64,000 nt of DNA. It comes from an uncultured Verrucomicrobiae bacterium. GTDB taxonomy: Bacteria > Verrucomicrobiota > Verrucomicrobiia > Limisphaerales > Palsa-1400. The notes under the pieces were generated by a model, which searched no databases, was not told where the DNA came from, and saw only the letters and a program-made list of their open reading frames with translations. This document shows, one piece after another, positions 10,600 through 18,268 of this stretch (position 1 is its first letter; each line of letters begins with the position of its first letter). The position numbers and the translations under genes are program-made. Location: the NCBI GenBank assembly GCA_963707025.1, contig CAVPOM010000014.1, positions 32,001 through 96,000 of the forward strand, written 5' to 3'.

Positions 10600-12557
10600 G
10601 TAGAGTAGGCGAAGTGGAAGGAGGCGGATTGAACTGACCGCAGTTGTCAGTCTCGCGCTGCCACTTCGCCCCTCATCGAACCGAACGGACGGATTTCCCA
10701 TATTCGGCTCTCCGAACTCATTCATCGGGCCGCCTTCCACTTCGCCGTGGTCGGCAGTTCATAGAGTCCATAACGCTGGTGCAACTGCTCGGGAACGTAG
10801 TGTTCCCACAGGCTGCGGCGGCAACCGTGTTTGCGCCACAGCCAGCGCCGAAAGCGGTTTTGGCTGTAGTGTTTCATCCGGTTCATCACCGAGACGCTGT
10901 TGCCGTAGTGGAAGTAGCCCGCCCATCCGCGCAAGACTTGGTTGACCTCTTTGACCACCTCCTGTATCGGACGCCCCTGCGTCCAGTGGTTGAGGATGCC
11001 GCCCAGTTTCTCGCGCAGGGCCCCCCGGCTTTTCTGGCTGGGTTGAACGTGCAGGTAGCCGCGCCCTCCAAAGGACTTGCGCCAGGTCAGGTTGAAGCCC
11101 AGGAAGTTGATCCCTTCCTTGCGAATGTTCACAATTCGGGTTTTGACTTCGTTGAGGGTCAGCCCTTTGGCTCGAAGCCATTTCTTGAGCCGCGCTATCA
11201 GCCCTCCGCCGCACCCCGCCGCGCACGCGATGACAAAGTCATCGGCGTAGCGCACCATGCGGGCTTGGCCGGAGGTTTTCTCGTTCACCCCGTGATCCAG
11301 CGGGTTGAGGTAGAGGTTGGCCAGCAGCGGCGAGATGACCCCGCCTTGCGGCGTGCCGCGCCGGTTGGGGATCACTCGCTTGGTGCCGTCCTGGTCTTCC
11401 TCCGCGACCGGGGCGCGCAGCCAGCTCTTGAGGAGCCGCAGCACGCTGCCGTCGCTGACCCGCCGGGCCACGGCCTTCATCAGTTCCCGGTGCGGAATCG
11501 TGTCGAAATATTTCGTCAGGTCCGCGTCGATGATTTCCACGTAGCCTTGCTGCACTGCTTGTTGGATTTCCGCAATGGCTTGGTGTGCCCGGCGTTTGGG
11601 CCGAAAGCCGTAGGAGCGCGGATGAAAGTCCGCCTCCAAGATCGGCATCAGCACCAGATACACCGCCGTTTGCACCACCCGGTCCTTGACCGTCGGGATG
11701 CCCAACGGCCGTTCCCCTCCGCTGCTCTTGGGAATCATCACCCGCCGCACCGGGCTGGCCCGATACGTCTTGGCTTTGAGTTCTGCTTGCAGGCGGTCGA
11801 GCCATTGCTGGCGCAGGGCCGGGTCGGCGGTGATGGACTCCATACTCTGTCCGTCCACTCCCGCGGCCCCGCCGTTGCGCTGTTGCGCTGCCAAGGCGGT
11901 TTCGAGCACGTCCTTGCGCAGCAATTCCCCATACAGGCTCCAGAACCGATACTTCGGCTCTGCTTTGGCTTTCCGATAGAGCGCGATTTGAAGCTGCCGA
12001 ACTTTCTCCGGGGTTGCTATCCGGGTCGCCCCGGCCATCCCCGCATCCTTCGCTTCGCCTCCACGCATTGAGCAAGTGTTCCCCCTTTGCGTTCGCTCGC
12101 GCAACTCCCGGCGGAAATCCGCCTGGAGCGCAAACAAGTCCACGCTACTATGAGGAACTCCGACTTCTCCGGCAGGGCCGCTCGCCTGACTGGTCTTGCC
12201 AGCTTGCGCGGGCGGTTGGGCTGGCCGCCCGCCGCCGGAGTTCTCCCAGCTTACCTTGGTTGAACTTCCAGACGTGCCGTCCACGCCGACCCCGCCGGAG
12301 CGTTGAGAAGGCTCTGACTGTTGCCCTGCCTCCTCCCTGCGGCCTTCGCCGGTCAAACAGCGGCTCGGCTTGTCTCCGGTTCTAAACTTATCGAGGCTCA
12401 TTGGATGTGGTTCATTTTCATTACGGCCCGTCTGTTCATCTCCCTCAGCTTCCAACCCCGCCTCGCGGCGGCGCTGTTGAGGTCGTGTTCCGTCGTGAAC
12501 AGCCTAATTCGACGGGCGGGACTTTCACCCGCGTTCCAACCAACTTCACTGGCGCAA
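10600..12557 (-). mobile_element. Complete group II intron, about 1.96 kb
   Basis: 5' end TTGCG at 12557; EBS1 stem-loop gccg-CTGTTTGAC-cggc; domain V GAGCCGAATATGGGAAATCCGTCCGTTCGGTTC; domain VI ending CCTACTCTAC at 10600; RT ORF inside. Confidence 0.92.
10722..12038 (-). CDS. ltrA: Group II intron reverse transcriptase/maturase, no endonuclease domain
   Basis: GAAGVDG, RPLGIPTVKDRVVQ, GTPQGGVISPLLANLYL, RYADDF, LRGWAGYF motifs; no HNH tail. Likely start MAGATRIATPEKVRQLQ at 12038. Confidence 0.95.
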   Translation of the reverse strand: MAGATRIATPEKVRQLQIALYRKAKAEPKYRFWSLYGELLRKDVLETALAAQQRNGGAAGVDGQSMESITADPALRQQWLDRLQAELKAKTYRASPVRRVMIPKSSGGERPLGIPTVKDRVVQTAVYLVLMPILEADFHPRSYGFRPKRRAHQAIAEIQQAVQQGYVEIIDADLTKYFDTIPHRELMKAVARRVSDGSVLRLLKSWLRAPVAEEDQDGTKRVIPNRRGTPQGGVISPLLANLYLNPLDHGVNEKTSGQARMVRYADDFVIACAAGCGGGLIARLKKWLRAKGLTLNEVKTRIVNIRKEGINFLGFNLTWRKSFGGRGYLHVQPSQKSRGALREKLGGILNHWTQGRPIQEVVKEVNQVLRGWAGYFHYGNSVSVMNRMKHYSQNRFRRWLWRKHGCRRSLWEHYVPEQLHQRYGLYELPTTAKWKAAR

Positions 12558-12558
12558 C

Positions 12559-12588
12559 GTTTGACTCGGTTTGACCGGGTTTGACCGG
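12559..12588. repeat. 10-bp tandem repeat (gtttgac-ycg/g) x3 forming the intron 5' exon
   Basis: gtttgactcg gtttgaccgg gtttgaccgg next to the intron boundary. Confidence 0.9.
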
Positions 12589-13320
12589 CTGGGGGGCAAA
12601 TGCAAAATGCAGAATGCAAAATGGAAGGAATCCACGAATTTCCGCGAATTTGCGCGAATGTGACGGGAAAAGTTGTTGGGTGCATGGCAGGGCCCCCCCT
12701 ATGGCCGGGAAGTGAAAACAGGTGAAACGAGGTGAAAACTTCTGGTGACGCCGCCTTCGCCCAGCTTCCACCTTTGCCGGGCTTTCCAGCTTCGCCGGGC
12801 CTATGGCCGACAAGACGGCGGGCAGGCTGACGCGGACGCCCGCGGACGCCGGGCCGACCGCTGCCAAGAGGGAGGCAGACCTGCACGGAAGGCAACGAAG
12901 CTAGAACTTCGTTGGTTTCTGTTGAATTCTTAACGGCGGGAAACCCGTTTTGGTCCCGCCTCCGTATGATTCCACTGTTGCCGTTTCCCGTCCTCACTAT
13001 GCCAAATTAGCATTTAACCCAGATGCGGTCAAGGGGGAAAGGAAAAATTATAAAGCTATAATATCAAATCGTGTCCTCGGATTCCTCCACCTCGCGATTT
13101 TGTTCCGGGCACGTATGAGGCCGGCACGAAGGAGTTGGTATTTGTATTCGTACGTCCGAAAAAGAGGTTTGGGCAAGCAATAACCTGTTGAATCGCTATT
13201 TAGCTGAGAATTCGACTCCGGAATAGTATCTTACTATTCGTGCGCTTTTCGTCAGCGGCGCCGCAGGGGGTTGTGGGTTTTGGCACTGCCCAGGCAAAGC
13301 TTCGAGTTTCAAAGACTCGT

Positions 13321-13353
13321 CCTCACCCCGGCCCTCTCCTCCGAGGAGAGGGG
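13321..13353. repeat. REP-like palindrome of the CCTCACCCCGGCCCTCTCC...GGAGAGGG type
   Basis: cctcaccccggccctctcctccgaggagaggg with a ccctctcctc/gaggagaggg stem. Confidence 0.7.
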
Positions 13354-13543
13354 GTCTTTTAATGCGCTGCCGCCGCCAGTTTCCCCGCGCCGGTCTGGTT
13401 TTCTACTTCAAGAAAAAGCCTCCCTTGCGCCGCCGGCGCAACGCGACATGGAGATCACCGTTCGCCTCCGCGCGCTTCGGCCGCGATGGCAAAAGGGGCC
13501 GGCCCCTTCCTTTTTCCCGGAGGCCGCCTCGGGCCAAGGGGAC

Positions 13544-14320
13544 CTACTGCTGCTGATAGACGCGCACGTAATCTATCTTCATCGTCTGGGGCAGGACGGC
13601 GTCATCCACCCCGGAGGATTCGGCGGCGATATTGAGGATAAGGTACTGGGGTTTGTCGAAGGGCCATTGCAGCGCGCCCAAGCTGTCATCCTTTTGGAAA
13701 GTGAAATACTTGTTCTCGTCCACGAAGAAGTCCATGTGGTCGGGGAACCATTCGACGGCGTAAACATGGAACTTACGATAGATGTCATCCACCAGGAGGC
13801 TCTTGGCCGGATTGGGCTTGCGGGGGCCCGTGCGCTCCGAGGCGGTATGGATGTGGACGGCCACCACATTGGGCCGGCTGCCCCAGTGCTCCATGATGTC
13901 AATTTCCCCGCCGGCCGGCCAGCCGCCGGTGTTGCCCAGCGTCCAGATGGCGGGCCAGATGCCTCTGCCGCCAGGCAATTGGGCCTTGACCTCGATCCGG
14001 CCATAAGTCCAGGAGGCTTTGCCGCGGGTGGTGACGCTGGCCGAGGAGTAAGGATGCCCCTGGAAGTTGTCCTTGGAAAAGGTGATCACCAGGTTCTGGC
14101 CGTCCACGCGGGCATTCTCCAGGCGGGCCTTGGTATAGAATTGAGGCTCGCGATTGCGCACATAACCCTCTTCATAACCCCATTTGGCCGGGTCGGGCAG
14201 GCCCTTGTAGTTGAATTCATCCGACCAGACCAGCTTCCAGCCGGGCCGGTGCGGCGCGCTGGCGCAGCCCCAACAAGCGCAGGCGAGCAGGATGGCGAGC
14301 GAGGCGAAAATTGAACGCAT
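13544..14320 (-). CDS. Glycoside hydrolase family 16 (laminarinase/beta-glucanase-like)
   Basis: WKLVWSDEF, GIWPAIW, catalytic EIDIME, MKIDYVRVYQ; signal peptide from M at 14320. Confidence 0.93.
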   Translation of the reverse strand: MRSIFASLAILLACACWGCASAPHRPGWKLVWSDEFNYKGLPDPAKWGYEEGYVRNREPQFYTKARLENARVDGQNLVITFSKDNFQGHPYSSASVTTRGKASWTYGRIEVKAQLPGGRGIWPAIWTLGNTGGWPAGGEIDIMEHWGSRPNVVAVHIHTASERTGPRKPNPAKSLLVDDIYRKFHVYAVEWFPDHMDFFVDENKYFTFQKDDSLGALQWPFDKPQYLILNIAAESSGVDDAVLPQTMKIDYVRVYQQQ

Positions 14321-14422
14321 GGGAAATTCCTTTTTGACTGAGTGGTAAATATTCACGTCGTTCCGTTTGACTGGCAGGCAGCATGGAAATGGTATTGACA
14401 TGCCTGGGGAAACCGCCGCGCC

Positions 14423-16831
14423 TCATTTCGGGCGCAAGGCGACGGGGAAGAGTTGGGAAATGTCGTTGACGAAATGGACCTTGATTTTCTGCCGCACTTC
14501 TTCGGGCACCTCCAGCCAGTCGTTGCGGTTTTGCTCCGGCAGGATGACTTCCTTTAATCCGGACCGCGCCGCCGCCAGCACTTTTTCCTTGATGCCGCCG
14601 ACGCGCAGGACGCGGCCGCGCAGGCTGATTTCCCCCGTCATGGCCAGGTCGGAACGGACCCGCCGCTGGGTGAAGAGCGAGGCCAGCGCCGCCACAATGG
14701 TCAGGCCCGCGCTGGGGCCGTCCTTGGGAGTGGCTCCGGCCGGGACATGGATGTGGATGTCGCGCTTGTCATAATCGGAGAGATCAATGTGCAGTTCGGC
14801 GGCGCGGTTGCGCAAAAAGCTCAGCGCCGTCTGCGCGCTTTCCTTCATCACATCCCCCAGCGAGCCGGTCAGGATCAACTGGCCCTTGCCCGGCATGCGG
14901 GTGGCCTCAATAAATAAAATCTCGCCGCCCACCGGCGTCCAGGCCAGCCCGATGGCGATGCCGTTCTGGGCAATCCGCTCGGCGATCTCCGAGGTGAAGG
15001 AGGGCGGCCCCAGGAATTCTGCCAGGGCCTTGGGCGCAATGGTGAGCGGCTCGGCCGGGTTCTTGCCCGCCACAATTTTCCGCGCCGCCTTGCGCGTCAG
15101 CGCCGCAATCTCCCTTTCCAACTGGCGCACGCCCGCTTCGCGGGTGTAGTCCTGGATGACCTGGCGCAGGGTGGCGTCGGGAAAACGCACCAGTTTTTTC
15201 TTCAGGCCGTGTTCTTCCAGTTGGCGCGGCACCAGATGGCGCTTGGCGATCTGCAGCTTCTCCCACGCCGTGTAGCTGGGCAGTTCAATGACCTCCAGCC
15301 GGTCGCGCAAGGCCGGATGAACCGGGTCCAGCCAGTTGGCCGTGGTGATAAAAAGCACACGCGACAAATCGTAGGGCACGTCCAGATAATGGTCGCTAAA
15401 GGAGCTGTTCTGCCCCGGGTCCAGCACCTCCAGGAGGGCGGAGGCGGGATCGCCGCGAAAATCCGACCCGACCTTGTCCAGTTCATCCAGCAAAATGACC
15501 GGGTTGCTGGATTCCGCGCGCCGCAGCGATTGGATGATCCGCCCCGGCAAGGCGCCGACGTAAGTGCGGCGATGCCCGCGAATTTCGGCTTCATCCCTCA
15601 TGCCGCCGAGCGAAATCCGCGCAAATTTCCGCCCCAGGGCCTCCGCCACGCTCTTGCCCAGGGAAGTTTTGCCCACGCCGGGCGGGCCGACCAGGCACAA
15701 AATGGGGCCCTTGAGCTGGTGTTTGAGTTTGATCACCGCCAAAAACTCCAGCAACCGGTCCTTGACCTTGCGCAAGCCGAAATGTTGCTCGTCCAGCAGC
15801 TTCGCCGCGTCCTGCAAATCCAGTTTGTCCTCCGTGAACTTGGACCAGGGCAAATTGATCAGCCAGTCCAGGTAATTGCGCGTCATGGTGTATTCGGCCA
15901 CCGCCGGCGGCATCTGTTGCAGGCGGTCCAGCTCCTTGAGGGCGATTTTTTTCGGCTCCTCGGGCAGATGATTCTGCTCGACCTGCTCGCGCAATTCCTT
16001 GACCTCGGCCGCGGCGCTGTCCACCTCGCCCAATTCGCGCTGGATGGCGCGGATTTGCTCGCGCAGGAAAAAGTCGCGCTGGTTCTTGGACATGGAGGTG
16101 ACGACCTCGTTCTGGATTTTGGAGCCGAGCTGGAGGACTTCCAGCTCGCGCCGCAACAAGGGCAGCAGGCGGGAGAGCCGCACCTTGGCCTCGGGCAATT
16201 CCAGCAAATGCTGGCGCTCCTGCAAACTCAAATTCAAATTGGCCGCGATCAAATCGGCCAGTTGCGCCGGGTCCTGCTCGTTGAGGGCCGCCACCTTGAC
16301 TTCCTCGGCCAGGGTGGGAGACAGCTTGACAATCTCCTGGAATTCCCGCGCCGCGTTGCGCGTCAGGGCCGCCAGTTCCAGCGTGGTGTCCACCACATCC
16401 TTGAGCTTCTCCACCCGCGCCACCAGGTAGGGCGACTCGGCCACAAATTCCTGGATGCGGAAGCGGCGCAGGCCCTCCACCAGAATCCGCACCATGCCGT
16501 CGGGAAATTTCAGCATTTTCCGCACCCGCCCCGCGCAGCCATGCAGCCACAAATCGGCCGGCTTGGGAGTTTCCACTTCCGGGTTGCGTTGCAGCACCAG
16601 CCCGAGGAAGCGGTCCCCCGCCACCACATCATCAATCAGCCGGATGCTCTGCGGCGTTTCCACCAGCAGCGGCGTGAGCGTGCCTGGGAAGACCACGATG
16701 TCCGACAAACCCAGAATGGGCAGGACTTCCGGCAGGGCTTTGGACCAGACTTTCGTGGCCGAAGCGTCCCCCGCCCCCTCCGTCCCTGTCCCCCCCAGGA
16801 TGTTGATAAACTCGGTGTCCGGTGTCGTCAT
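14423..16831 (-). CDS. lon: ATP-dependent Lon protease
   Basis: LON N-domain, Walker A GPPGVGKT, catalytic DGPSAG and GGIKEK. Confidence 0.97.
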   Translation of the reverse strand: MTTPDTEFINILGGTGTEGAGDASATKVWSKALPEVLPILGLSDIVVFPGTLTPLLVETPQSIRLIDDVVAGDRFLGLVLQRNPEVETPKPADLWLHGCAGRVRKMLKFPDGMVRILVEGLRRFRIQEFVAESPYLVARVEKLKDVVDTTLELAALTRNAAREFQEIVKLSPTLAEEVKVAALNEQDPAQLADLIAANLNLSLQERQHLLELPEAKVRLSRLLPLLRRELEVLQLGSKIQNEVVTSMSKNQRDFFLREQIRAIQRELGEVDSAAAEVKELREQVEQNHLPEEPKKIALKELDRLQQMPPAVAEYTMTRNYLDWLINLPWSKFTEDKLDLQDAAKLLDEQHFGLRKVKDRLLEFLAVIKLKHQLKGPILCLVGPPGVGKTSLGKSVAEALGRKFARISLGGMRDEAEIRGHRRTYVGALPGRIIQSLRRAESSNPVILLDELDKVGSDFRGDPASALLEVLDPGQNSSFSDHYLDVPYDLSRVLFITTANWLDPVHPALRDRLEVIELPSYTAWEKLQIAKRHLVPRQLEEHGLKKKLVRFPDATLRQVIQDYTREAGVRQLEREIAALTRKAARKIVAGKNPAEPLTIAPKALAEFLGPPSFTSEIAERIAQNGIAIGLAWTPVGGEILFIEATRMPGKGQLILTGSLGDVMKESAQTALSFLRNRAAELHIDLSDYDKRDIHIHVPAGATPKDGPSAGLTIVAALASLFTQRRVRSDLAMTGEISLRGRVLRVGGIKEKVLAAARSGLKEVILPEQNRNDWLEVPEEVRQKIKVHFVNDISQLFPVALRPK

Positions 16832-16876
16832 GCCATGAGAGTAAGGGACGCGGTGTATCGGGCGTCAACAGCAATC

Positions 16877-17260
16877 TCAGGCGTCGGCGGGGGTCAGGGA
16901 ACCGCTGGAGGGAACATCAATGCGCAAGAAGCCGTTTTGATAAGCGGCTTTGGCCTGGTTCAAATCGTAACCGGGCGGCAGTTCGATCAGGCTCTCGAAT
17001 GCCCCGTAATTGATCTCCATCACCAGAAACTTGCAATGCCCGGTGCGGCAGCCGTCGCCCCTCTGTCCGCTGATCTTGAGGCGGTTGCCCTCGATGAGCA
17101 ACTCCAGATTCTCCCGTTGCATCCCGGCCAGCTCCACCTTGATGACCACGCCGGATTCGCAGACATACACATCGGTGTTGGGCACCCAGTGGGTCTCCGG
17201 TTCCCGGGCCAGGGGCTGACGCCGTTTGGAAAAATGAAGGTCAGAACTTATCTTTTGCAT
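16877..17260 (-). CDS. Hsp20/alpha-crystallin small heat-shock protein
   Basis: PNTDVY...ELAGM...EINYGAFES...AAYQNGFLRIDVP; directly upstream of lon. Confidence 0.92.
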   Translation of the reverse strand: MQKISSDLHFSKRRQPLAREPETHWVPNTDVYVCESGVVIKVELAGMQRENLELLIEGNRLKISGQRGDGCRTGHCKFLVMEINYGAFESLIELPPGYDLNQAKAAYQNGFLRIDVPSSGSLTPADA

Positions 17261-17272
17261 GACTCTTGGACT

Positions 17273-17301
17273 ATCTTATCTCAGTACGCCCGCCCGCGCA
17301 A
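17273..17301 (-). promoter_or_regulatory. Putative sigma70-type promoter of hsp20-lon
   Basis: TTGCGC-N17-TAAGAT ending 12 nt before the hsp20 ATG. Confidence 0.5.
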
Positions 17302-17345
17302 GTGACTTCGCGCCGGCGGGCGGGGCGAATTCTGGCGCGCCACCC

Positions 17346-17555
17346 TCATTTCATCTTCACAATCACCTGGGCGCGTTCTCCTTTGCGGGCGTGAAACACC
17401 ACCGAATTCTTCGCCCCGGCCTGCCCGGCGCTGCCGCAGCCGCAATGGGTCTCGCGCTCGAAGCTGAACTTGCGGGGGCGCGGCCAGGCCCTGGCCAAAA
17501 ACACTCCCACCGTGCCCGTCACCACTGCCAGCGCCGCGATTGTCTGCCAATCCAT
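17346..17555 (-). CDS. FeoB-associated-type Cys-rich small membrane protein
   Basis: MDWQTIAALAVV transmembrane helix followed by HCGCGS. Confidence 0.6.
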   Translation of the reverse strand: MDWQTIAALAVVTGTVGVFLARAWPRPRKFSFERETHCGCGSAGQAGAKNSVVFHARKGERAQVIVKMK

Positions 17556-17626
17556 GCCAGTAACATAACGCGTTGCCGCCGACGCGCAAATTGTTTCTGT
17601 CCCTCCGCGGGGCGGAAGGGACCGGC

Positions 17627-17700
17627 GGAGTGATGGAGTGATGGAGTGATGGAGTGATGGAACCGCGCATTTTCCCCATCACTCCATTACTCCATTACTC
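17627..17700. repeat. Inverted array of 8-mers: (ggagtgat)x4 facing (ccatyact)x3
   Basis: Read directly. The same 8-mer array occurs at about 10543-10567. Confidence 0.85.
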
Positions 17701-17716
17701 TGCTCCCTGCCTTTCC

Positions 17717-18136
17717 TCAGATGTAGTACATCTTCCCTTTTTCGGCGCTGTGTTCCAGCAACTCCTGGAAGGTGATGGCATCGGCGGTTTGGTTGACCGC
17801 CTGGCGCAACCGCCCCCAGGCCTCGCGCAATTCCAGCGGATTCTGTGGATCGTTCAAAGCCGGTGAATCGAAAACTTCCCCGTGGATGCAACGCAACACA
17901 TCCCCAAAGCTGATCTTGGCCGGCGCCCGCGCCAGCAAATAACCGCCCGCCTGGCCGCGCTGGCTTTTGACGATCTGGGCCGACTTCAATTCGAGGAGAA
18001 TCTGCACCAGGTAATTGGGTGGGATCCCTTGCGAGGAAGCCATCTCCTCCACCGTGCGCGCCTTCCCGTCCGGGTAATGGTGCGCCAGCCAGAGCACGGC
18101 GCGCGCCGCATAATCGCTCTTCACCGAGAGTTTCAC
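17717..18136 (-). CDS. Rrf2-family transcriptional regulator, CymR-like
   Basis: YL.QIL..LK....V.SQRG..GGY.LAR wHTH; no Fe-S Cys triad; C-terminal MYYI. Confidence 0.9.
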   Translation of the reverse strand: MKLSVKSDYAARAVLWLAHHYPDGKARTVEEMASSQGIPPNYLVQILLELKSAQIVKSQRGQAGGYLLARAPAKISFGDVLRCIHGEVFDSPALNDPQNPLELREAWGRLRQAVNQTADAITFQELLEHSAEKGKMYYI

Positions 18137-18268
18137 CCCGGCAGACTAGGCGGACAACTCGGCCCAGACAATCAAAACAATCGGTCCCTTGCCGCATGGG
18201 TGCTTGCGGGCTGCGGGCAGATGAGTTTTTTCCTCGCCAGCCGCGGCAAAAAGACTTTCAATCCAACC

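Noticed and set aside
10722..12455. RT as a retron, DGR or defence RT; 577-aa product starting at 12455
   Set aside because: Domain V/VI, EBS1 and the maturase domain identify a group II intron. The upstream 139 codons overlap ribozyme domains and are probably not translated.
15209..17305. 698-aa plus-strand ORF and similar long antisense ORFs (40819..43098, 52382..53992, 59634..61109)
   Set aside because: Each mirrors a motif-supported gene on the other strand and has no recognisable motifs.
17260..17345. CIRCE operator upstream of hsp20-lon
   Set aside because: No TTAGCACTC-N9-GAGTGCTAA match.
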